DNA from: Gemmatimonadota bacterium
Lineage (GTDB): Bacteria > Gemmatimonadota > Gemmatimonadetes > Palauibacterales > KS3-K002
Reading direction: 5' to 3'
DNA length: 64,000 nucleotides
Assembly (NCBI GenBank): GCA_039586795.1
Contig: JBDHJS010000015.1
Span: forward strand, 32,001-96,000
Positions 39,625 through 49,444 of the stretch are shown here, in pieces. The position numbers and the translations under genes were made by a program. The notes under the pieces are model-generated. The model saw nothing but the letters and a program-made list of their open reading frames with translations. It did no database searches and was not told the DNA's origin. The stretch's first letter is position 1, and the number at the start of each line of letters is the position of its first letter.

Positions 39625-39940
39625 TTGAAACGTCCTCTCGTGCAGCGACGAAACTGCGATGGAGCTGGGCAGCGGCGCCACGGTGGTTCGCAACCGACAG
39701 GCTCTGTTTCGGATTGATGAACCACAACGATGGGCAGTGAACAGAGGCCGGGCAAGGCGTGTGGGAGCGATCCCGGAGCCGGGTCCGGCGTCGGCGAGGC
39801 GGCGGTGGTGTAACCAGCGACGTAAATATCTGAGCGACAGTAACTTACGATGATCTGGCGTGCGTCAGACTTGGCGCCTAGTTTGTGGGCCACCCAACCG
39901 TCAGCCGAATTGAGCAACTCGAACGGACAGGGAGTTGGCT

Positions 39941-42413
39941 ATGCGACGTGGATTGTCAGCAGCGATCGTATTGCTGGCCGTTGTGGCGATGAGTGCTTGC
40001 GCGAAGGGCCAGGCGCAAACTCAGCCTTCGCCACAAGCTCGGCCGGGGCAGAACAACAACCAGAAGCCGAAGGTCAAACCGTACAGCGAGGTGATCACGT
40101 CCGCCGCGGTGACCGACGAGGGGTTATTCGCGGTCCACAAGGTGGAGGACAAGTGGTATTACGAGATCCCGCTGGAGTTGCTCGATCGAGAGATGCTGCT
40201 CGTGTCGCGGCGAGCGCGTACGGCGCAGAACATCGGCTATGGCGGTGAGAAGAACAACACGCAGACGGTCAGGTGGCAGAGGCATGACAACAAGGTGTTG
40301 CTGCGTCTGGTGGGCTACACGAACGTGGCAGCCGACTCGCTGCCGATCTATGAGGCGGTAGTCAACTCCAACTTTGAACCGATCGTGAAGTCCTTTGACA
40401 TAGCGACGTTCAAGGTGGATTCGGCGGGGACGGATACGGCGACTACGGTGATCGATGTGACCGAGCTGTTCACGACCGATGTACCTGTGTTGGGACTGAG
40501 CAGCTTCAACCGCGAGCGATTCAGGGTGCGTAACCTGGACCGTAGCCGCACGTTCATTAATTGGGTGAAGAGCTTTCCTGAAAACATCGAAGCTCGGGTG
40601 ATTCTGACCTACAACGCGTCGCAGCCGCCATCCAACTCATCGTCAGGATCCATCTCGCTGGAGATGAACCACTCGATGGTCTTGCTGCCGGAGAACCCGA
40701 TGGAGCCGCGCATCTGGGATGAGCGTGTCGGATTCTTCAGTCTACAGCAGGTGGACTATGGACTTAGCGACCACAAGGTAGTGACGAGACGGTACATAAC
40801 GCGCTGGCGTCTGGAACCTAGCGACACGGCGGCATTCCGGCGCGGTGAGTTGGTGGACCCGGTCAAGCCGATCGTCTACTACATCGATGCGGCTACCCCG
40901 GAGAAATGGCGACCCTATCTAAAACAGGGTGTCGAAGACTGGAATGTTGCGTTTGCTGAAGCTGGCTTCAGCAACGCGATTATCGCCAGAGACGCGCCGA
41001 CGCCGGAGGAGGACCCGGAGTTCAGTCCTGAGGACGTTCGCTACTCGGTGATTCGCTGGTTCTCATCGCAGGTGCAGAACGCCTATGGCCCGCACGTCCG
41101 GAGAGATCCTGGAGAGCGATATCGGCTGGTTCCACAACGTGATCAACCTGCTTCGCAACTGGTACTTCATCCAGACAGCGGCGGCGAACCCAGAAGCGCG
41201 TCGCGTGATGTTCGACGACGAAGTGATGGGTGAACTCATCCGTTTCGTGGCGGCTCACGAAGTGGGTCATACACTGGGCTTGCCGCACAACATGAAGGCG
41301 AGCTCGGCCTACCCGGTGGATTCACTGCGCTCGGCCAGCTTCACTTGCAGCATGGGTACGGCGCCGTCGATCATGGACTATGCTCGTTTCAACTACGTGG
41401 CACAGCCGGAGGATGAGGGCGTTTGCTTCATGCCGGGGATCGGCCCGTACGACAAGTACTCGGTCATGTGGGGCTACAAACCGATCATCGGCGAGTCGCC
41501 GGACGAGGAGCGTGTCACGCTCGATAGCTGGGTGCTGGAGCACTACGGTGACCCAGTATACTACTACGGCGGGTCCAGCGCCGTCGATCCGACCTCGCTG
41601 ACCGAAGCGATCGGCGATGACGCGATGCGAGCCAGCGAGTACGGTATAGAGAACCTGAAGCGAATCGTTCCCAACCTGGTCGAGTGGACCTACCAGGAAC
41701 GAGAGGACTATGGCGAGCTTCAGGAGCTCTATGGCCAGGTGCTCGGCCAGTGGAACCGCTACATGGGTCACGTGGCGGCGGTGGTAGGCGGAGTCGAACA
41801 GGTTCGCAAGACGTACGACCAGGATGGCGCGGTATATACGTTCGTCGACAAGGAAACTCAGCAGCGCGCCATGCAATTCTTCAACGAACAGGCGTTCACG
41901 CCGCCGACTTGGATGATCAACGAGGACATTCTGGGTCGTATCGAGAACGTCGGCACAGTCGAGCGGATGCGTTCTGTGCAGGTGCGCGTGGTCAACATGG
42001 TGCTCGACCCTGGCCGTATGCAGCGCCTGATCGAGAACGAGGCGCGGAATGGGAGCAGCGCTTATACGCTGGGCGAGATGCTTACCGACACGCGGGAGTA
42101 CGTGTGGGGCGAGGTAACGCGCAGTCGAAACATAAACGTGTATCGCCGCAACCTGCAGCGCGGATACCTGGAGCGGATGGAATGGCTGATGACGGAGGAG
42201 CCGCCGCCGATCACGAACCCGTTCTTCCTTGCGTTCATCACTAGCGTTAACGTGTCCCAGTCGGACATTCGGCCCTACGTTCGTGGCGAGCTGGAGATAC
42301 TCAAGCGGGACATCAACAGGGCGCTCAATCGTGGTGGATTGAATCGGGCGACGGCCCTCCATCTACGTGATGCCGTCGTGTCGATTGACAGGATCCTGGA
42401 TCCCGAAGACTAG
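39941..42413 (+). pseudogene. Zinc-dependent metalloprotease lipoprotein (DUF5117/DUF5118/EcxA-like), frameshifted near 41099
   Basis: Frame A ends AYGPHV; frame B continues GEILESDI...HEVGHTLGLPHNM...SIMDY. May be a sequencing or assembly error. Confidence 0.85.
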
Positions 42414-42436
42414 GATGGAGTCCACGATCTGTTGCG

Positions 42437-42462
42437 CGAGGCCCGGCGATGACCGGGCCTCG
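42437..42462 (+). terminator. Hairpin after metalloprotease gene
   Basis: CGAGGCCCGG/CCGGGCCTCG 10-bp stem, weak U tract. Confidence 0.55.
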
Positions 42463-42535
42463 TTGCTTATCAGAGGCATAGTGAGCGACGAGTGGAACGA
42501 TCCGGATGGTAATGATCTGATGCAAAGGGGGCCGC

Positions 42536-42772
42536 GTGCGAGACTGGTTGAAGATACTACTGCTGGTAGAAGCGATTGCCCTGGTCATAGCGCTCGTCGT
42601 GCCGCTGACACCAAGTAAGACGGGCGGAGACGTACGCCTCGGGAAGTACTTTTTTGCAGAGCCCACCTACCTTCACGAAGTGCTGGTGGGCTTTGTGCTG
42701 GTTAACGGGATTATCATGGTATTCGCGATCGCGTTCTGGATCTACAATGCTCGCAATCCGGGCGACGAATGA
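42536..42772 (+). CDS. Small two-TM membrane protein
   Basis: Two hydrophobic segments around PLTPSKTG; GTG start. Confidence 0.7.
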   Translation: MRDWLKILLLVEAIALVIALVVPLTPSKTGGDVRLGKYFFAEPTYLHEVLVGFVLVNGIIMVFAIAFWIYNARNPGDE

Positions 42773-42847
42773 CCCATTGTCGGGCAAAAGTGGACGCTCT
42801 AGTATGCGGAACATCCTGTTAAGAGATTGTGGAACAAGGAGATAGAG

Positions 42848-43510
42848 ATGGGCGATCAGTTGGAGCATCATCAGAACGTGGTGGGCATCCCGCGGCTTGG
42901 TATGCCTGCACCACAGTTCGAAGTGGCGACGACGCATGGGGATTTGCGGCTGGAGGACTTCAAGGGAAGCTGGCTCATCCTGTTCTCCCATCCCGCCGAC
43001 TTCACGCCCGTGTGCACGACCGAGTTCATTGCCTTCGCCGAAATACATAGTCAGCTGCGGGAGATGAACTGCGAGTTGATGGGCCTGAGCATTGACAGCA
43101 CGTACTCGCATATCGCTTGGGTCAGGAACATAGAAGAGAAGATGGGAGTCAAGATCGAGTTTCCCGTCATCGCCGATCTCAACAAAGAGACCGCGATGCG
43201 TTACGGGATGATCATGCCTAGCGAGAGCAAGACGGAGACATCGCGCTGTGTCTTCGTGATCGATCCGGAGCAGGTTCTTCGAGCCATGGTCTACTACCCG
43301 CTGACTACGGGCAGGAACATGGACGAGTTGTTACGCCTTATCCAGGCGCTGCAGACAACCGACGAGCATCAGGTGGCTACACCAGCGAACTGGCGGCCGG
43401 GTGACAAGGTGATCTTGCCGCCGCCGGCAACACAGGAGGCTGCAGAAGAGCGCCTGAGGGACTCGAGCCTGGAGTGTACGGACTGGTACTTCTGCAAGAA
43501 GACATTATGA
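42848..43510 (+). CDS. Peroxiredoxin (Prx6 group)
   Basis: FSHPADFTPVCTTEF, GRNMDE, PANW, C-terminal CTDWYFCKK. Confidence 0.95.
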   Translation: MGDQLEHHQNVVGIPRLGMPAPQFEVATTHGDLRLEDFKGSWLILFSHPADFTPVCTTEFIAFAEIHSQLREMNCELMGLSIDSTYSHIAWVRNIEEKMGVKIEFPVIADLNKETAMRYGMIMPSESKTETSRCVFVIDPEQVLRAMVYYPLTTGRNMDELLRLIQALQTTDEHQVATPANWRPGDKVILPPPATQEAAEERLRDSSLECTDWYFCKKTL

Positions 43511-43531
43511 ACGGCGCAGGGATCCGCATGT

Positions 43532-43753
43532 ATGGGCTGTATCGATCCGAATGATCCGCTGTCTGAGGCGGGTAAGAGGCTATTGGGAGCGCTGGAAGTT
43601 CCGCGGACGGCGGAGGAAGTACGCGAGCTGACGGGGGAGCCGCTGTTCCGAGTGCGTTACAACTTGAGGGAGATGGTGAAAGCGGGGCTTGCCACGAAAG
43701 ATGGCGAGCGCTACAGCGTGAGCGAGGCGGGCGAGAAGATGTTGGAGCGCTAG
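43532..43753 (+). CDS. Small winged-helix protein with N-terminal Cys, copy 1
   Basis: MGCIDP...PLFRVRYNLREM..AGL....RY.VSEAG HTH plus wing pattern. Confidence 0.78.
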   Translation: MGCIDPNDPLSEAGKRLLGALEVPRTAEEVRELTGEPLFRVRYNLREMVKAGLATKDGERYSVSEAGEKMLER

Positions 43754-43793
43754 CGCCCGGGAAACCCTACAAATCGAAGATCCCAAGACACTC

Positions 43794-44018
43794 ATGCCCT
43801 GTCTACGTCCAGATGGTAGTCTGACTCTCGCGGCTCGTGACGTCCTCGGCGCGATGGACGAGCCACGTCCGGTCGAGGAGATTCGTGAGCTGAGTCGGCA
43901 GCCGATATACCGAGTTCGAGGGAGTCTCAGAGAACTGCAAGAGGTGGGGTACGTAAGGCCGGAGGACGACCGCTGGATGATCACCGAGGAAGGTCGTGAT
44001 GCCCTTGCCCGCGCATGA
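43794..44018 (+). CDS. Small winged-helix protein with N-terminal Cys, copy 2
   Basis: MPCLRPDG...PIYRVRGSLREL..VGYV....W.ITEEG; ungapped paralog of copy 1. Confidence 0.78.
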   Translation: MPCLRPDGSLTLAARDVLGAMDEPRPVEEIRELSRQPIYRVRGSLRELQEVGYVRPEDDRWMITEEGRDALARA

Positions 44019-44051
44019 TGAGCGTGAAGACCTGCGAGTCGACCGTTCGAA

Positions 44052-44606
44052 ATGGGAGGAAACTTGCGATACTACACACTGTCGACGATCGCCTCAGCGG
44101 CGTTTGCCGTAGCGGCCGCAGCACAGGGCGCCGCAGCCCAGGACCCCGCTCACCCGGATCCGAATAGCGAACCGATCGCACAGTTCTGTTCAGCGACCGC
44201 TAATCGGCAGGTCGATTTCTGGATTGGCGACTGGGAGGTAACCGATAGCACGGGAGCGGTGGTAGGCACGAACGTCATAACCCGGGTGGCGGCGGGCTGC
44301 GGCCTGTATGAGTACTGGCGCGGCGCGGGTGGCGGTACTGGCACGAGCATCAACTGGCACGACCCACAAACTGGCGAATGGCGTCAGGTATGGGTCGGCC
44401 TGGGTCTGTACCTGGACCTGAAGGGTGGTATAGTAGACGGTAGTATGGTGCTGTCGGGAGAACGCGAGACCCAGCAAGGTGTCGTGGTCGACCGGATAAC
44501 ATGGACGCCTCTGGGAGACGGTCGGGTCAGGCAAGTGTGGGAACAATCCTCTGAAGATGGAACGACCTGGCAAGTACTCTTCAACGGACTCTACGCGAAG
44601 CGGTGA
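44052..44606 (+). CDS. Secreted hypothetical beta-rich protein (DUF1579-like)
   Basis: Signal peptide, DFWIGDW, WRQVWV, VRQVWEQS.DG.TW. Confidence 0.75.
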   Translation: MGGNLRYYTLSTIASAAFAVAAAAQGAAAQDPAHPDPNSEPIAQFCSATANRQVDFWIGDWEVTDSTGAVVGTNVITRVAAGCGLYEYWRGAGGGTGTSINWHDPQTGEWRQVWVGLGLYLDLKGGIVDGSMVLSGERETQQGVVVDRITWTPLGDGRVRQVWEQSSEDGTTWQVLFNGLYAKR

Positions 44607-45044
44607 ATGATGTCGGATAAGAAGGCAACGGTCACTTGTCAGTTCTGTTTGACGCCGAATAGGGTGAAGCTGGGCAAGGTCGATGCAGGACCGAAGTGCG
44701 GCGAGTGTGGTAAGCCTATTCTGTTGGACCGTCCGATCAAGGCCACAGACGATGATTTCCAGCGCGTGATAAGCGACTGCGACGTGCCTGTTGTGGTCGA
44801 CTTCTATGCCGACTGGTGCCCGCCCTGCAAGGTGATGGCGCCGGTCCTCGATGATTTCGCGCACACTCACAAAGGTGAAGTGCTGGTTGTGAAACTCGAC
44901 ACGGAGTACAACCAGCGCACCGCTCAGCAGTACGAGATCCGAGCGATTCCTACGCTGATCGTATTCAGGGATGGCGTGGAAGTCTCGCGCCAGACCGGAG
45001 CGGTACCTCGCGAAGTACTCGAGAGTCTCCTGACGTCGGCCTGA
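44607..45044 (+). CDS. trxC: Thioredoxin 2 with N-terminal zinc-binding CxxC pairs
   Basis: CQFC..NR...PKCGEC, then VDFYADWCPPC, IRAIPT. Confidence 0.92.
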   Translation: MMSDKKATVTCQFCLTPNRVKLGKVDAGPKCGECGKPILLDRPIKATDDDFQRVISDCDVPVVVDFYADWCPPCKVMAPVLDDFAHTHKGEVLVVKLDTEYNQRTAQQYEIRAIPTLIVFRDGVEVSRQTGAVPREVLESLLTSA

Positions 45045-45068
45045 GAACTCGCCCAGGATGAATACTCG

Positions 45069-45563
45069 GTGACCCGAGCAGACACGCGCGCAGCCCAGCT
45101 GATCGAGGCGCTCTCAATGCAGCCTCACCCCGAAGGCGGCCATTTCCGGGAGATGTTCCGTTCAGCGGCGCAGGTTGTCCCGGGCGATGAGCGTGACCGA
45201 CGCTCGGCGCTGACGAGTATCTATTTTCTCTTGACGGCGGGCGAAAAGAGCCGCTGGCATCAGCTCCGCTCAGACGAGGTCTGGCACTTCTGTGAGGGCG
45301 ATCCGCTGGAGCTGTGTTGGCTGGACGAGGAGCAACGTTGCAGCGAGCGCATCGTTCTGGGGCCGATCGAGGAGGGGTACCAGGGCGTAGCCACTGTCCC
45401 GGCCGGATCATGGCAGGCGGCGTGCAGCAAGGGCGACTTCACTCTGGTTGGCTGCACGGTCGCGCCCGGGTTCGAGTTCGCCGATTTCCGGTTGCTGTCC
45501 GATTGCGGGGATAGAGCGCAGGCGATATCGGAATGGTACGCCGAGTTGAGTCAGTTCCTTTAG
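45069..45563 (+). CDS. Cupin_5 (DUF985) family protein
   Basis: PHPEGGHF.E, TSIYFLL, SDEVWHF, GCTVAPGFEF.DF. Confidence 0.92.
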   Translation: MTRADTRAAQLIEALSMQPHPEGGHFREMFRSAAQVVPGDERDRRSALTSIYFLLTAGEKSRWHQLRSDEVWHFCEGDPLELCWLDEEQRCSERIVLGPIEEGYQGVATVPAGSWQAACSKGDFTLVGCTVAPGFEFADFRLLSDCGDRAQAISEWYAELSQFL

Positions 45564-45570
45564 TCGGCAT

Positions 45571-46344
45571 CTACTCGCCGGGCAGTCGTCCGGCGCTCTC
45601 CGTAGTGTCCAGAGGCGGTTCAACTGTCGCCGCCAGCACCTCTTCGGTTAGCCTGTCGAGCAGATCTCGCAGAACACGCTGTCGTTTCCGGACAGAATAT
45701 GTGAAGCTCGTGCGGGCCACGATGTAGCTGCCGGTGAAAGCAGCGAGGGGAAACGCGATGGTGAACAGGACGGAGCCCAGCGCCCCGATACCGACCCCCA
45801 GACCGACCCCTAGACCTACGCCGCCACCCACGCCGCCGATCGCGCCACCGAAAAGGCTCCAGGCGAGATTCTCGCAACGCTCCTCGATTCGGATGCGAGT
45901 TCGCCCGGTTCGCGAAACGACGGTAACCTGTAGCGAACGTACATTGTCTCCGGTTGAGGACTGCCACGTGAGCGTCCGCCCAACGAGGCTCAGCTGGCCC
46001 TGACTTCCGGCGGCTCGCTGAATCTCGGGGATCAAGTGCTCGAACGCATCCTCCGGAAGTTCGCCGGCGATGCTCCGCTCGAACTCCACGGACAGAGGGG
46101 CCCCGGTGAATCGAGAGATCCCGTCCCTTTGGGTGGTAACAGCGTCCAGATCGGCGGCGGCGCGGGCGATGTAAATGGGGTTGATACCAGCCTCGGCGGC
46201 GACTTCTTCCAGATCGGCGAGGCTAAGGCCGCCGCCCTCCACTTCGGACCGGGGTTCTTGCTGATGCAGTTCGGCAGCCCGTTTCAGGATCAAGCCGACT
46301 TCCTTGTCACCGTAGCGCCGCCGTCGGTCTCGATCGTCAGTCAT
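45571..46344 (-). CDS. Hypothetical membrane protein
   Basis: N-terminal RRY...EV.LILKRAAEL / LADLEEVAAEAGI, Gly-rich TM hairpin near the C-terminus. Start chosen at MTDD. Confidence 0.75.
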   Translation of the reverse strand: MTDDRDRRRRYGDKEVGLILKRAAELHQQEPRSEVEGGGLSLADLEEVAAEAGINPIYIARAAADLDAVTTQRDGISRFTGAPLSVEFERSIAGELPEDAFEHLIPEIQRAAGSQGQLSLVGRTLTWQSSTGDNVRSLQVTVVSRTGRTRIRIEERCENLAWSLFGGAIGGVGGGVGLGVGLGVGIGALGSVLFTIAFPLAAFTGSYIVARTSFTYSVRKRQRVLRDLLDRLTEEVLAATVEPPLDTTESAGRLPGE

Positions 46345-46364
46345 GGAAGTGGGGTGGCTTGAAG

Positions 46365-47282
46365 CTAGTTCGGCGCCACGGGCTCGAACGGTGTCAGCAC
46401 GTCCACGATCACTCGCCAGCTTTCGTCGGAGACTCGTCGCCAGGCCTTCACGTAGATACCGCGCTGCGTGGTAGCCTCCGAGTCCGGTGCCGAGTAGGCC
46501 CATTCACCGTAGGTGTAGCCCAGATCGCCTGAGAGGGACACATCGCCGCCTTGTGGCTCCCACAAGAAGGTGCCGGTCAGGTCGGCGGCCAGGGCTCGCA
46601 GCTTCTCCGCGCCGGTTTCAGGCTGCATTCCGTTACGCAGTACGCGGACATCGGAACTGACGTAGCTGGTGAGAGACGCGACCAGTCCGTCCGCTACAGA
46701 CGCGGCGCTGAAGGCGCGATCAATCTCGAGCAGCCTGTCGAGCGCGTTCTGGCGCTGACGCGGCCAGAGGGCCCAGCGGTCATCGTAGCGCGGTCGTTCG
46801 GGCGTCACGACTTCCTCAGGGGGCTGAGCGGGCGGCGAGTTCGAGATACCGTGATCCAGGGCGACTTTCCAAGAACCGTCGTCCTGTAGCTTCCAGAACG
46901 AGAAATAGTTGCCGAACGCAATGGCCTCGGCCGCCGGATCCTGCCTAAACTCCCATGGACCGGTGGTGAAACCGAGATCGCCCGCCTCGGAAATGTCGGC
47001 AAAAGCCGGTCCCCATGAGAGAAGCCCGGGCGTCGATTCCCGACTGGCCAGGTCCTCCTGCGCATTCACGGCGCGAGGTCGAAAGAGGATGCCATCAGCA
47101 GCCAGGTAGGCGATGAACGCATCGCGCGTCCCCAGTTCTGCAGCGGATCTCGAGAAGTCCCGTTCAGATTCGATCAGGGCATTCAAGTTGGATTCCCGAG
47201 TGTCGGTCGAACAGGCTGTGCTGAGCGAGCAGCAAATCAGGATCAGGGCGGCGCCAGTCGATATTCGGTCAATGATTTTCAT
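46365..47282 (-). CDS. Lipoprotein with duplicated NTF2-like (DUF4440) domains
   Basis: STAC lipobox; two copies of L.W.P...D.S..GDLG.T.G.W and W....D.SW.V..D. Confidence 0.85.
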   Translation of the reverse strand: MKIIDRISTGAALILICCSLSTACSTDTRESNLNALIESERDFSRSAAELGTRDAFIAYLAADGILFRPRAVNAQEDLASRESTPGLLSWGPAFADISEAGDLGFTTGPWEFRQDPAAEAIAFGNYFSFWKLQDDGSWKVALDHGISNSPPAQPPEEVVTPERPRYDDRWALWPRQRQNALDRLLEIDRAFSAASVADGLVASLTSYVSSDVRVLRNGMQPETGAEKLRALAADLTGTFLWEPQGGDVSLSGDLGYTYGEWAYSAPDSEATTQRGIYVKAWRRVSDESWRVIVDVLTPFEPVAPN

Positions 47283-47371
47283 ATCTAAAGCTATCCCCCG
47301 AAATCGTGGCCCACAATCGTTCTGCCTACTACCTTGCTGAACATGCGGACAGTTGACGAACAGGTGACGAG

Positions 47372-48436
47372 ATGACTCTGGGGCCTGGAAGAACCTTCAG
47401 GTTCGTCGCAGTGCGGGTTCTCGTGGCCGGGTTCTTGGGATCATCGTCAGCGACGGCGCTTGTGGCACAGCAAGCGCGGGATTCCACCTCTCACCTTCAG
47501 GTCGTCTATCCTGCTGACGAGCGCGCCGCGGCCCGAGCGTTCTTGGGTTATGCAGAGGGCGTGTACGAATACATTGACACTCTGTTTGGTGGCGCGCTCC
47601 CAGAAAAGCTCCACGTCACGTTGCTGAAAGACGCAAGGAGCGGCTCTTCGGGTCCCGAGCTTCACCTCAGTCTGCACCATGGTGCGGCGCTGCAGGCGGT
47701 GTACGCAGCTGAGCTCAGCCGCGTGGCTGAGCGCGAGATCCTAAAAGAGTCGTACGAGCTGCAGGGCTATCGGTTCGTGACGGAAGGGCTGGCAAACTGG
47801 GTGGAGGCGCGGTACGAGCGCCAGCTAGGTATTGAGAAGTCGAGAGACATCTGGGCGGCATACGCCTACGTGCTCGAGGCGACGTACCCGGAATACCTGG
47901 CATCGTACGAGCTGGCGGAGGAAGAACTGGGCAAGAACGTGGTCGATGCGGTAGGGTACAGCTTCGTGTCACACGTCTTCCAATTGCATGGTATGGAAGG
48001 TGTGCGATCGTTGCTGGACGCTATGGCGGTGAACGTCGACGTATGCTCGTCCCTTTCCGATTCCGGCGCGGACTGCGAGGAATTCGTGGACGGCTGGCAG
48101 TCCGCCTTGGCTGAACAAGCAAGGCGATACGATTTTGCGAGCTTGCCAGAGATATGGTCGTTGATCGAGGTGAGCGGACAAGGAGACCTCCGTGAGGTGG
48201 GGCTCCGCGTCTACATACAGAACCCGGAAAGCAGCGAGTTCACATTTTTCGTCTCATACATGATCGACGGTGAGCACTTCGAGGAGGCGTTTCCGGCTGA
48301 CAGGAGCGAGTTCAGGGCGATCGTACCGCTGGGGACGATGAGGGAGGGGACCAAGCTGTTGTGGGAGGTCTCGGTCTGGTCGAGTACCGTGTTGGCGTGG
48401 AGAAAGAGCGGGTGGCAGGACCAGGTGATCCGCTAG
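47372..48436 (+). CDS. Secreted hypothetical protein, peptidase-MA-like but lacking HExxH
   Basis: Signal peptide; HLQVVY, AAELSR, RFVTEGLANW, GYSFV....HG.EG..LL pattern. Confidence 0.6.
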   Translation: MTLGPGRTFRFVAVRVLVAGFLGSSSATALVAQQARDSTSHLQVVYPADERAAARAFLGYAEGVYEYIDTLFGGALPEKLHVTLLKDARSGSSGPELHLSLHHGAALQAVYAAELSRVAEREILKESYELQGYRFVTEGLANWVEARYERQLGIEKSRDIWAAYAYVLEATYPEYLASYELAEEELGKNVVDAVGYSFVSHVFQLHGMEGVRSLLDAMAVNVDVCSSLSDSGADCEEFVDGWQSALAEQARRYDFASLPEIWSLIEVSGQGDLREVGLRVYIQNPESSEFTFFVSYMIDGEHFEEAFPADRSEFRAIVPLGTMREGTKLLWEVSVWSSTVLAWRKSGWQDQVIR

Positions 48437-48505
48437 GGTGTTCGTATTGGGAATCGGGGAATTATTGAAGGTGAGTCTGGAATCGAGATACGGGAGTTTA
48501 GAAGT

Positions 48506-49408
48506 TCACTTAGTAAGGGATTCGTCCTCAGTGAAGACGGTGTCCATCACCAGTTTGGGGTGGATGTCGGCGAGCTCGTTGGCGATCTTGCGGCGAATAT
48601 CGTCTAGCGTCTTGACGCGGTCGAGGCGGAAGCTCTGGGGTACGACGATCTGGATGAGCACGTAAAAGTAGCGACCCACCTTTGACATCCGCACGTACGT
48701 CTTCTCAACAGCCAGTCCTTGCATCGCTCGGTTGAATCGACCCCTCACCTCATGTTGCAGGGGAGGGGGCGGAGCGATCACCAGCAGCTCGGCCACATTG
48801 TCTTTCACGGTCTTGACCGGCACCCAGATGAGCACGATCACGAGGACGGCCAACAGTACCGGATCGACGTAAGGCACGAGATTCGACCAGCGGGTGCCTG
48901 CCAACAAGAAAGCGAGTAGGAATGCGGCTCCGACGCCGGCGTTCACGAAGAAGTCGAGCGTCCAGTTCTTCACGTCGACTTCGAGCAGTGGGGAATGTGT
49001 CTTCTTCGCCCAGGACCGCTCGAGAAAAGCGATCAGTAAGCAACCGCTTGCGGCGACAACAGCGTAGACGACCGCCCAACCCGCGTCGAGTGAGCGCCCG
49101 CCTTGGAACAGGGACCTGACGGCGGAGGCGAGGGCGAGGGCGCAGACGACGAGTATGAGCAGTCCTTTGATCGTGTTTAGAAACGGCTCGAAGTAGGCGT
49201 ACCCGAAGTGGAAATGTTCGTCGTCTGGCCCCTCCACAAGCTCGGCCACTTTGAGCGTTAGGAGTCCGATGACGAACGAAATAAGAGAGAAGATACCGCT
49301 CAACATGATGGCGTCTGAGCTCGTCAGGATAGCGAAGCTGATGCCGAGGATGGCCATGCCAAGGTAGGCGAACGCCGAAAGCCGTAGAGCAAGTATCTCT
49401 TTGTTCAC
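48506..49408 (-). CDS. Cation diffusion facilitator family transporter
   Basis: 6 TM helices, PDDEHFHFGY..FEP, PYVDP, C-terminal SKVGR domain; GTG start. Confidence 0.88.
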   Translation of the reverse strand: MNKEILALRLSAFAYLGMAILGISFAILTSSDAIMLSGIFSLISFVIGLLTLKVAELVEGPDDEHFHFGYAYFEPFLNTIKGLLILVVCALALASAVRSLFQGGRSLDAGWAVVYAVVAASGCLLIAFLERSWAKKTHSPLLEVDVKNWTLDFFVNAGVGAAFLLAFLLAGTRWSNLVPYVDPVLLAVLVIVLIWVPVKTVKDNVAELLVIAPPPPLQHEVRGRFNRAMQGLAVEKTYVRMSKVGRYFYVLIQIVVPQSFRLDRVKTLDDIRRKIANELADIHPKLVMDTVFTEDESLTK

Positions 49409-49444
49409 TTAGGGACCGCGTTGCTGGTGTTCATCTGCGGTGGC

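Noticed and set aside
41081..41120. Programmed ribosomal frameshift
   Set aside because: No slippery heptamer, and conserved residues are missing rather than just shifted.
41322..42362. Long antisense or alternate-frame ORFs (also 58346..59377, 50857..51714, 55139..55900, 2593..3420)
   Set aside because: They overlap well-supported genes and have the composition typical of shadow ORFs in high-GC DNA.
48437..48505. Degenerate 7-mer-like run between convergent genes
   Set aside because: Too short and divergent to assign to the heptamer element family by eye.
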